This document shows positions 1 to 10,300 of a DNA stretch of 20,000 nucleotides, in pieces. Each line of letters starts with the position of its first letter. The stretch's first letter is position 1. Position numbers and translations under genes: made by a program. The stretch is from assembly GCA_014905635.1 (NCBI GenBank), contig JABVCE010000028.1, forward strand, positions 482,511 through 502,510, read 5' to 3'. The notes beneath the pieces are model-generated. The model was not told where the DNA came from. It was given only the letters and a program-made list of their open reading frames with translations, and searched no databases. The DNA comes from Scenedesmus sp. PABB004. Lineage: Eukaryota.

Positions 1-9
1 GGCGCGCAC

Positions 10-1212
10 CTGCAGCGTCGTGCTCAGGTGAGGCGCGTTGGCGGGCGAGTACACTGCGGCACGGCGCGGGCGCGGGCGCGGCGTCAGCCCCGCTCTGTGC
101 CCGCGCGGGCCGCGCCGCGCCGGCGCAACAGTCGCGCTGCGCCTGGCGGCCGCCGCCGAGGGTCGCGGCCGCCGCCGCCGCCGGCGCAGCCGCCGCCGCC
201 GCCGCACCGGTCATGTCGAGCACCCAGACCCACTGCTCCGCGCCGTGCTTCATGTTTTTGATCGCCGTCTCGATGACAAACGTCATGTAGCGGAGGTACT
301 GGTATCACGCGGGCGGGGCGGGCGGTTGGGCGGGCGCAGGCGGCGCGCGGGGCGTTGCGCGCGCGCGCGCGCGCACCTCGTCCGACTCGGCCAGCGGCAG
401 CTTGTCACGGCGCTTGCGGAACATCTGCGGCGGCGGCGCGGACGCGCGGCGTGGGCGCGGCGCGGCTCGGGCGCCGCCGCCGCGGCCGCCGCGCCGCCGC
501 CGGCGCACGCACCACGACGCTGCGCCCGTCGGCGTCGTTGCCGTCGACGTACACCCAGCCGTCGCGCATGAAGCGGCTGCCCGCAAACTCCTCCCGGCTC
601 AGCTCGTCTGCCGGCGACGGCAGCGGCGCCCGGGTCGGCGGCCGCATGCGCCCGCGCGCGCGAGCGCGTTCGTGCGCGAGGGCCGGCCCACGCGGCGGCG
701 GCGGCTGCCGCTCACCGATCCTGTGCTCGCGGCGGTACTCCAGCGTCGCCTTGACCATCGCGGCCGCCTTGCTGCGCGGCGGCGGCGGGCGCGCGCGGCG
801 GGTGCGGGTGCGGCGGCGGGTGAGCGGCGCGCCGCCGCCGCCGCCGGGCGCGCGGTGTTCGCTGCCACCAAATAATATGAGCGCGCCACCGGCGCCCTCG
901 CCGCGGCCGCCCGGGCAGCGCCGGGCGCGAGGCTACAACAGCAGCTCGGCGCTTTTTGGTCCCCCTGCTCACTCCAGGTCTCCGTTGCGCGCGCGCAGGT
1001 AGCGGTTGAGGCAGGCCTCGTCGCAGACTGCGGGTGCGCCGGCGTGCGGGGCGTCCGGGCCGCGGGACGTGGAGCTGGGGCCCCGCGCGCGCGCGCGGCT
1101 GCCCGCCCGGCCGGCGCCGCCGCGCGCTGGCGCTGCGCCTGGCCGCACATGACTCGTCGAAGGCGCCGTCAGCCCTCAGCCGAGCCGCCAGGGCCGCGGC
1201 GTCGCCCTTCAT
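10..1212 (-). CDS. CRAL-TRIO/Sec14-family lipid-binding protein, 5' part (continues beyond the left edge)
   Basis: GT-AG exons 1212-1149, 1027-973, 771-716, 607-513, 424-377, 298-208, 53-10 splice in frame to MKGDAAALAARLRADGAFDESFCDEACLNRYLRARNGDLDKAAAMVKATLEYRREHRIDELSREEFAGSRFMRDGWVYVDGNDADGRSVVMFRKRRDKLPLAESDEYLRYMTFVIETAIKNMKHGAEQWVWVLDMTVYSPANAPHLSTTLQ. The D..L.RYLRAR..D..KA..M....L.WR, G.D..GR.V and W..D motifs are CRAL-TRIO hallmarks. Confidence 0.92.
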
Positions 1213-1649
1213 CGCGGTGCGCGGTCCTCTGCTGCTGCCGCGCGCTGGTGCCTGCAGCTGGTGCTGCCGCGGCGGCCCTGCAGCGGCTTGAGCTTGTGCG
1301 AGCGGGCTCGCGCGCGCGGGTTGACGGGCGTGAGGGGTCGGGGGCTTTGTATGTGTCGCTTCGCCTCCTTGGGCCCCGACGCTGTTGGCTCTCGAGCACA
1401 GCACAGCGACCGGATCACGGACGCAGGCCAGACTGCGGGCGCGCGAGCGCCGCGCCGCGCGCCCGCCCGCCGCTGCTGCGCGACCGGTCGCCGCCGCCGC
1501 CGCCGCGCGCGGCGCCCCTGCCGCCCCTGCGGCCCCGTGCCCCCGCGGCCCCTTGCCACCAGCAGCTGGTGGTGCCGCTGTGAGCAGCCGTGCGAGCCCG
1601 GGCCGCGCGCGCGCACGGCGCCGGCGCCAACCGCCGCGGCGCGACCGCG

Positions 1650-2341
1650 ATGTACGAGTGCGCCTGCGGCTTCGCGGCGCCGACGGCGACGGCGATGCAC
1701 AAGCACCTGACCTCCGCCGGGCAGACGGGTGCGCCGCCGCGCCCGCCGCGCCGCGCCGCACGCAGCGCCGCACGCGCCTGACGCCGCGCAACGCGCGCGC
1801 CCCCAGACGGCGGCGGCGAGCACCGGCTGAAGACGAGCCTGCTGGCGGCCAAGCACGCCGCCGCGACGGCGAGCGCGCGCGCCGGCCGGGCGCCCAGCCC
1901 CGCCGAGGAGCAGCAGCTCGGCGGCCCGCTGCAGCAGCACACCGCCGCGCAGGCGCGCGTCGCGGCGGGCGCGAGCGCGGAGCTGGCGTGGGCGTGGGGG
2001 GCGCAGCAGCAGCAGCAGCAGCAGCAGCAGCCGCAGCCGCGGCGGCGGCCGGGCAGCGCGAGCCCCGCGGCGGGCGAGCCGCCGCCCGCGCCGCGCGCGG
2101 CGAGCCCCGCCGCGGCGGCGGCGGCCAGCCGCCTCAACGTGGCGCTCGCGGCCGCCATCAGCACCTCGCCCACACGGGCGGTGCGCTACCCGGACTCCCC
2201 CTGCGGCGGCGGCGCCGGCGCGTGGGCCGGCGCGCCGGGCAAGGCGCAGCCGCAGGAGCACCACAACGTGCTGCCGCCGGCCGTGCCGTCGCCGAGCAGG
2301 CCGCCCGCGCGCAGCCCGCGGGCGCAGCACGCGCAGCACGC

Positions 2342-2385
<44 letters not shown>

Positions 2386-3883
2386 CGTCGCTGGGCGCGC
2401 GCCTCGGCGGCTCCATGATCGCCGCCCTCAACGGCTGGCTCGTGAGCGAGGCGGTCGGCGCGGCCTCGGCGGCGGCCGCCTCGGCGCTCGCGGGCGGCGG
2501 CGGCGGCGACGACGCCTGCGGCGGCAGCACGATGCGGGCCGCCGGCGGCGCTGCCGGCGCCGCGCCGCTGGCCACGCCCGAGGCGTCGCGGCGCTGGTCG
2601 CTGGGCGGCCTGCTGCGGGCGGCCGCCACGGCCTCGCCGCGCGCCAGCCCGCGCGAGGGGTGGCTGCAGGGTGCGCGGGCCGACCGCCACGGCAGCAGCA
2701 GCAGCGGCAGCGACGACGCCGGCGACGGCGTCGACGCGTGCGCGCTGTTCAGCAGCAGCGGCGATGACGAGCCGGCCGGCGCCGGCGGCGTGCGCGGCGA
2801 GAGCGCGAGCGCGGCGGCGGGCGTGCCGGGCGCGGCGCGCCGCGCGCGCGCGCTGCGCCGACTGCTCCTGTGGCGCAGCCCTGCGGCGAGCGCCAAGGCC
2901 CTGGGCGCGGGGCTGTACCTGCTGCTGCTGGTGTCGTACGTGCCGCGCGGTGCGGCAGCTTGCGCAGCGCTGTGGCGGCCGGCCCTCGCACGTCCCTGAG
3001 CGCGCCCGCGCGCGCCGCCGCCGCGCGGCAGGTCTGCACGCCATGCAGGCCACCACGCTGCTGCCCGCTGGCGCCCTGCTGTACCTCGCCTACAACCTGG
3101 CCAAGCCCTGGGCGATGCGGTGAGCGGGGGTCGCCCGGCAGGCGTCGGCGGTCACGGATGCGGCAGCGCGCGCGCTCAGGCGCTGCCGCCGCGCGTCGCG
3201 CCGCCGCCCGCCGCGCCGCCGCCTTGCAGGCTGTACTGCCGCGTCGCTGGGCGCAGCGCGCCGGCGCTCGAGGCGCGCCTCGCGGCGGCCGAGGCCGCGG
3301 CGGCCGGCCGCGCGGCCGCGCTGTGCGGCGCCGCGGCGCGCGAGGCCGGCGCCTGGGCGCTCGGCGCGCTCGCGCTCGCCGACGGCGCGCTGCGCGGCCG
3401 CCGCTTCACCGCGACCGTGTGGACGGCGCTCAGCCTCTGGCTGCTCCTGCTGGTCAGCGAGCTGCGCCTCGTCAGCCAGGCGCGTCCGATGCGCGCGTGC
3501 CGCCCGGCGCTGGCCGCTGCGCCGCGCCGCGCCGCACCGAGCCGCCGGCCCACCCCTTGCCCCGCCGCCGCCGCCGTCCGGCGCCGGCGCAGACGCTGCT
3601 GGTGCTGCTGGCGTACGGCGGGCTGTTTGTGGTGCCCTGGGCGTACACGCAGTTCCGGGCGGCCATCGATGCGCTCGTGTATGAGGCGCTGACCTTCCTG
3701 GCGGCCCTGACCTTCCACGCCGAGCGCTGGGTCTACGGCCTCGCCGGCCTCGCGGCCGCAGGCGCGTGGCACGCGCTCGCGCCGGAGCGCCCGGGCGAGG
3801 GCAGCGTCGTCGTGCGCGGCAGCGCGGCGGCGCTCGCGGCGCTCGCGGTGCTCGTGTGGCGCGTCGCGGCGGCCGAGGCGTGA
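1650..3883 (+). CDS. Reticulon-domain protein with long low-complexity N-terminal region
   Basis: Exons 1650-1728, 1807-2949, 3032-3119, 3230-3479, 3593-3883 (last intron GC-AG) splice in frame. Contains the reticulon start motif LLLWRSPAASAKALGAGLYLLLL, a second long hydrophobic hairpin (TVWTALSLWLLLLVSELRLVSQTLLVLLAYGG) and the reticulon end motif FVVPWAYTQFRAAID, then two further hydrophobic segments. Stop TGA at 3881-3883. Confidence 0.8.
2004..2030 (+). repeat. (CAG)9 coding polyglutamine tract
   Basis: Perfect CAG run in frame within exon 2 of the reticulon gene. Confidence 0.95.
2343..2384 (+). repeat. (CAG)14 coding polyglutamine tract, preceded by AQH repeats
   Basis: Perfect CAG run in frame (AQHAQHAQ14). 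Confidence 0.95.
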
Positions 3884-3897
3884 GCCCGCGGGGCCCG

Positions 3898-3902
3898 TGT
3901 AA
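3898..3902 (+). terminator. Putative chlorophyte polyadenylation signal TGTAA of the reticulon gene
   Basis: TGTAA 14 nt after the stop codon. UGUAA is the established poly(A) signal of Chlorophyceae. Confidence 0.55.
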
Positions 3903-4148
3903 ACTTCACAGCCGAGGGCAACTCAACTTTTACTCTCTCGCACGCCAGGACAGGGGGGGGACAGGGCACACGAGAGGGTGTGCCAGGGGGTGGAGGTGGG
4001 TCAGGGGAGGGCGCGAGCGCAGCCATTATGCGCACGCGCCATGCGTGGGCGGCAGCGGGGCGCCCGACCGCGCTGCTGGCGTGCGATCATTCATGCCGCT
4101 TATTCGAACGCCCACGGCGTCCCCGCCGTTCTCGTTGACCAGCTCCAT

Positions 4149-4149
<1 letters not shown>

Positions 4150-4227
<78 letters not shown>
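4150..4227. repeat. (CA)n microsatellite, about 39 units
   Basis: Perfect CA run followed by degenerate ACAATCAC units, between the two convergent 3' ends. Confidence 0.98.
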
Positions 4228-4230
<3 letters not shown>

Positions 4231-4343
4231 ACACACAATCACAGCGCTCAGCACACACTCCCAGCCTCGGACACGTGGACATATCGTTCGCGCCCGCACA
4301 CGAGCCCGCGCGCCCGCGGAGCGCATGCAGGATGCCTTGCTGG

Positions 4344-7300
4344 CTACGCGCCGCCGCCGGCGGCGTGGCCGCCGGCAGCGCGCGCGTGCACGCGGCCGCG
4401 CGGGCCGCCGGCGAGCGCGGCGCCGGAGACCTTGAAGAACCCGGGCAGCGCGTGGCGCATGGGGGACACCGACATGCCGGCGAGCGCGCTCTCGCGCGGC
4501 GCCGCCGCGGCGTCCGGGTTCTTCAAGGTCTCGGCCGCGAGCTCGGGCAGGCTCGCCGGCAGCTCCGCGCCGGCGAGCGTGCCCAGGTAGGCCTCCACGT
4601 CGGCCGCGCCGGGCGCGGCGTCGCGGCCCGGCTCGGCGGCGCCGCCGCTCCGCGGCTGCGGCGCCTGCTGCAGCATGCTACGGCGCGGCGCGGGCGCGCG
4701 CGCGCGGCGCCGCCGCCGCCCGCCGCGCCGAGCAGCGCGCGGCGGCGCTCGCCGAGCTGGTCCCCGACCTCGCTGCCGTTGCGCGCGAGCGCCAGCGACA
4801 GCACCGCGTCGGCCGCGGTCAGCGTGAACACCTGCGCCGCGCGGCGGCGGCGGCGGCGGGATCGGCCGGCCGGGCGCGTGGCACCACCGCCGCCCCCCTG
4901 CAGGGGGAGGCAGCTGCCTCCCCGGCCGCCCCTCTCACCTCAAAGTCGTCCAGGTGCAGTGCCACGCCCGGCGCGAGGCCCGTCACGCGCAGCGCGGGGC
5001 GGTAGAAGGCGGTGGCGTTGGCCACGAGCGCGCCCTGCGGCGGCAGGCGGGCACAGTCGCAAGGTCGCGGGCGCGGCGCGCGGGGTGCGCTGTCGGCGGG
5101 CGGCCCCAGCGCCCTCCGACGGCGCGCGGCCGGCCGGCCGGCGGCGGCGGCCCCCTGCGCCGCGCACCAGCGGGTACTGCTGCCACGCCGACGACACGAG
5201 GCCTGTGTAGTCGTTGTTGGGGTCGGCGCGGTGCGACGGCGCCGCGAGGTGGGCGCTGTCCAGCAGCACAAACTCGAGGCCGACCGCGTCCGACACCCCG
5301 GGGCTGCGCGCCCACATGAAGAGGCTCACGCGCGTGCCTGGATGGCACGGCGGCGCCGGCGAGGCGACGTGACGCGCGTGTGTGTGCGCGCGCGGCGTGC
5401 GCGAGCGCGTGTGTGCTGGGTGAGGCGCGGCGGCGCGACCGCGCGCACCCGCGGCGAGGGCGAGCGGCGGGCCGGCGATGACGACGGGCGCGGTGCTGCC
5501 GGTGGTGAGCACCATGCCGCCCGCGCCGGAGCCGGCGGCGGCGGGCACCTCGGTCGCGAGCGTGGCGGAGAGCGTGCCGGCGGGGCTGACCGACCAGGGC
5601 ACTGCGCGCGCAGGGCGGGCGGACGGGCGGGCGCGCGGGCGCGGTCGCCGGGGGCGGGCCGCGGCGGCGGCGCTGTGCCAGCGCCAATTGGCGCCTTGCA
5701 AGGCGGCTGGCCCCGCGCGCAGCCGCCGCACCAAACTCGTTCTCCGCCTGCGTGCTGGCCTCCGGCACAAACACGCTCGGCCGCGGCAGCGAGAGCGGCA
5801 CCGAGCCCCAGGGGCCCTTGAGCTTGATCCAGGCGCCGGCGGAGTAGGAGTCGTCCGCGGCGACGGCAACGAGCAGGTAGAAGCCTGTGGCGCGGCGGCG
5901 GGGTCGGCGGAGGGATCGGCGGCCGCGGCGGCGTGTGCTGGCGTGAGGCGCGCGGGCCAGCAAGACGGGCGGGCGCAGCACAGCGCAGGGGACAGCCCGC
6001 ACGGCGCACCCGGCTGGGCAATGTAGGAGTTGGCGGGCGCCGTCACGGTCAGGGCCTGCCCGGCCGCGGCCGCAAACTCGAGCAGCTGCGTGCGCGTGCC
6101 CATGTTGCTCGAGTGCGTCGTCGTGCCTGGCGGGCGGCGCGCGGGGGTTGCGCGGCCTCAGCGCGGGCGCTGCGCGCGGGGCCGGGCTGCGCGCGGGGCT
6201 GCGGCGGCGGTCGCGCAGGCGGGGGCGTGGCGGCGCACCCGGGTCGGTCAGCACGACGGCGACGATGTCGGCCACCGAGGTGTTGGCCGCGAGCGCGACG
6301 GTGAAGGTGGAGCCAAACTCGGCAAGCGTCGGCACACGCGCCCATGCGGGGCGGGGGCCGAGGATGTAGTGGGGCGTGAAATACTCGATCCTGCGGGGCG
6401 GGACGGTGGTCCAGGGCAGGGCGGTTCAGGTCAGCGCAGCACGTCGGCCGGGCGGCGCGGCCAGCCCGCCGGCACGCCACAGCCTGCGCCCGGAAGACTT
6501 CCAGCGCGCACCGGAACTCTTGGTTGGTGTATGGCGTCACGTCTGGAGTTTGAGTTGACATGCGGCGGGCACGGGCGTGGGCGTGTGAGCGGGCGAGGCT
6601 GCGGGCGCCGCAAGAGCGCCATGCGGGGGGGGGGGGGGGGGGGCGGCGCCGCGCAGCGCCGCGCCGGCGCTCACCAAAGTCGGCAAAGTGGTAGGACGTC
6701 CACCCGCGCGCGATGGTGGAGCCTGCGGGGCGCGGCCGCGCCCCGTGAGGCACGCGCGGGAGGGGGCGGCGCCGCGGCGCCGCTCACGCGCCGGCCAGCG
6801 TCTTCGCGCACGCAGGCAGCGCACCCGAGACGAGCACGTCGCCGTGGGAGGTCATGAGCGCCGAGCCGTGGTAGAAGCGCGCGATGCGGGTGTACACGCC
6901 CGTCCTGCAAGTGCGTGTGTGCGCGCGCGCGCGCGTTTTCAAACAGCCGCGGCGACAGCTGGCGCCCGCGCGCGCGCGCGCGCGAGGGCGCTGCCCCGGG
7001 CCGCCGCCGCCGCCGCCGCGCCGGCCGGCCCCACCGGGCGCGCGGCCGCGCACCGGCGGTAGCGCCGCCCCAGCGCCGCCTCGGGGTCGTAGATCCACGG
7101 CTCGTTGACGGGGACGTTGTTGGAGTTCTGCGCGGCGGCGGCGGCGGCGGCGGCGGCGCGGCGGCGGCCCGTTGGCGGCTCGTCAACGCGCTGCGGTGCT
7201 GGCGGCGCGCGTCTGTCTTGACAGATCTATGATCAAGCCTAGACACAGAGTCTGTGCTCACGGGCTTGTAGTCGAGGTTGCTGAACCCCTCCTCCACGCC

Positions 7301-10300
7301 GTTGATGATGAGGACCTTGCCGTTGGGCAGCACCGCGGTGTCGAGCATGCAGCGGTGCCCCAGCATCGTCTCGACCTCCCACTCCCCAAAGCTGTGCGCG
7401 CAGGGCGCGGCGCTGCAGTCAATCGTCAACTCGATGCGTAGCGAAAAGTCGGTGCACGGCCTGCGAGCACGGCGGCGTGGCGGGCGGCGCGGCGCGTCGG
7501 CGCGCGGGGGCAGCAGCCGGCAGCAGCAAGCCCTGGGCCCTGCGGGGCCCTGCGGGGCCCTGCGGGGCCCTGCCCAGGACCCTGCCGGCGGGGCCTCACT
7601 TGTAGAACCAGGCCTGGTACCCGCCCCCAAAGACCAAAAAGATCAGTTTGACGCTCTCGCCCGGCCGCAGCACTGGCGCGCGCAGCAGCACCTGGCGCGC
7701 GGCGGCGAGCGAGCGAGTGAGCGCGCGGGGCGTGGGCGCGCGCGGCGGCGGGGGCGCGGCGCGCGCGGCACGGGGCGCGGGGCGCGCGGTCAGCCGCCGC
7801 CGCACCTGGCTGCCACTCAGCGGATACTCCTGGTGGTGGTGGGGGGGGGGGGGGTTGGACGGGCGGGCGGGCACGCGTGGGCAGCAGGCAGCGAAAGGCG
7901 CACACCCCGCGCGCTGCCGCGCCCGCCCCCGCCGCGCGCGCGCGTCGCACCCAGTAGTTGGGCCGCGGCAGCGGCAGCGCCGCCGCGAGCGCCTCGCCGG
8001 TCAGCGGGTTGATCACCTGCGGCAGCCGGAGGGCGGCGGCGGCGGCGCGCGGCGCTGGGCGACCGCGCGGCGCGGCGGCGCGGCGGGGCGGGGCGGGCAC
8101 GACGAGCCCAGGGCGCGCGCCGCGCACTCGGGCGCCGCGCGGGCGACCCGCATATATGCTTGCGCGCCTGGACGGTCGTCGCCTGGGAGAAGAGGTACGC
8201 GCCGGTGGGCAGCACCCACAGGCCCGGGTAGTATCCTGGCGGGGCCCGGGGCAGAGGTCAGAGGGGGCAGGCCCCGCGCCGGCCCGCGCCGCGGCGCGCC
8301 GCGCCGCGCGGCCGTGGTGGCCGCCCGAGGCAGCCTCGTGCGCCGCGCCGCGCTGTGCCGTGCGGCGCGTCTCACCTCCGACCTGGCTCGCGCTGAAGAG
8401 CGGCTCATTCAGGGGAAGGTAGGGCGTGTTCTGTCCCATGCTGGTGTAGCGCCCCACCCACGTCTTGTGCGCGGGGTCCCACACGTCGGAGCCTGCGTGG
8501 CGCGCGCGGCGTGTGCGCCGGCGGGCGCGGGTCGGCGGGGCGGTGCGGCGGCGGCGCGGCGGCGGCGGCGGCGGCGCGGCCGCAGGGGCGCGCGACGCGC
8601 CGCACCGAGCGCGCGGGGCGTGCCGGGGCCGTCGTCGCCGCCGGTGACGTAGGTGCGGCCGTCTGGCATGGTCATGCAGCCGCCGTACCAGCGCCCCAGC
8701 GGCATCGCGCGCTCGCCAAAGTCCTCCACGCGCTGCACCTGGTGGCGGTGGTGCCACATCGTCGCCTGCGCGGCACAGCGCGGCGCGGCGCGGCGCGGCG
8801 CGGAGCGGCGCGGCGCGGCGCGGCGCGGTGGGCAGGGCTCGGCGGCGCGCGCCGCGGCGGGCGCTGCCTGGGCGCCCAGGCACAGCCAGCTGCCCGCTGC
8901 GTGCCACGTGGCACGCACCCAGACCGCGTACTCGTTGATGCCAGAGGCCCCAAAGTAGCCTGCGGGCGGCGGCGTGCAGTCGGGGGCCCGCGCGACGGCC
9001 GGCCGCAGCGCGCACAGCGCGCGCGGCGCGCGCAGCACGCACAGCGCGCGCCGCACCACTGAAGCCCATGAGGTCCCCGTCGGGCATGCGCGTCCACTGG
9101 CCTGCCGCCGGGCGGGCGCGGCGCGGCGCGCGCGCGCGTCGGCGCGGCCCGCCGCCGCCGCCGCGCGCGCCGCCGCCGCGCCACGCGCGGGCGGGCGCGC
9201 GCGCTTCGCCACGCCCGCCCCGCGCGCGCACCGCAGGACGCGTCGCGGATGTTGTTGACCGGGCGGAAGCTGTTGTTGCCGCGGAACAGCAGGTAGGTCG
9301 TGCTCTTGCCGTCCCAGGTCGGCGGGTGGCTGGCGTCCAGGAAGTCCTGCGGCGCGCGGACGAACAGCCCCGGCGGGGCGAGCGGCGGGGCGGTCGGCGG
9401 CCGAGCGCGCGTGCGCGCGCGCCGGCGCGGCGAGCCCAGGCTCTTGTGGGCCGCAGCCAGCGGAGGTGACGCTCTCAACCCTAGCCCTGAAACCTGTGGC
9501 CCCTCCAAAACCCCGGCCCGCTCACGATCATGGCAAACTCGTCCCGCCCCGTGATCTGCATGAGGTGCGTGGCCGAGACGGGCACCTCCATCGGCGGCCC
9601 GTACCGCCCGCCTGCCGCATGCGGCGCGGCGGCGAGACGGCGGTGAGACGGCGCATGCGCGTGGCCGCGGCGCGCTGGCGCCGCGCGCCCCCTGCCGCCC
9701 TCCCGCGCTCGAGCGCGCGCACCGAGGCCCACGTCGGCGGTGACGTTGGGCAGGGAATACAGGGAGATCGCGTACTGCCCGCCGCAGCGGTCCGCGCCGG
9801 GCCAGGGGTGGCACGCGTCGGTGCACGCGGCGCTCGCGCCGAGCGCGGTGACGTGCGTGACGTTGAACGCGCCCCTGGCGGTGGGGCGCCGGCGGCGCGG
9901 CCCCGGGGTCAGGTTATCTGCCCCGGCGGCGCGCGGCGGCAGGCGCGGCACCGCGGTGGCGCGCCGGCGGCGCGCGCGGGGGATGAAAAGCGAGGGGGGC
10001 CTGCTGCGCGCCGCCCCGCACCAGCACTGGCGGCCGTGCTGGGGGTACAGCTCGCCCGCGGTGAGGCCAAACAGCGGGTAGCCACCCGCCAGCGCGCGCG
10101 CCGCGCACTCCCAGCTGTCCATGCCGGGGACCTGCCCCAGGCGGCGCCACATGCGGCGCTGGATGGGGCTGGGCGGGTCAAAGGTGGCGTCAAAGACCTG
10201 GTCGTCCGCGAAGCAGCCTGGCGCCGACGCGGCGGCGGTGCCGCGTGCCCACGTCAGCGTGGGCCGCGGCGGCGCGGCGGCGGCGCGGCGGGGCCCGGGC

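Noticed and set aside
4026..4326. ORFs encoding (CV)n or (HT)n
   Set aside because: Translations of the CA microsatellite.
6625..6643. Poly-G tracts (also ~7840-7854, ~18426-18444) and G-rich 3953-4010 as G-quadruplexes
   Set aside because: Common in GC-rich algal introns and UTRs, homopolymer lengths are unreliable, and there is no functional evidence.
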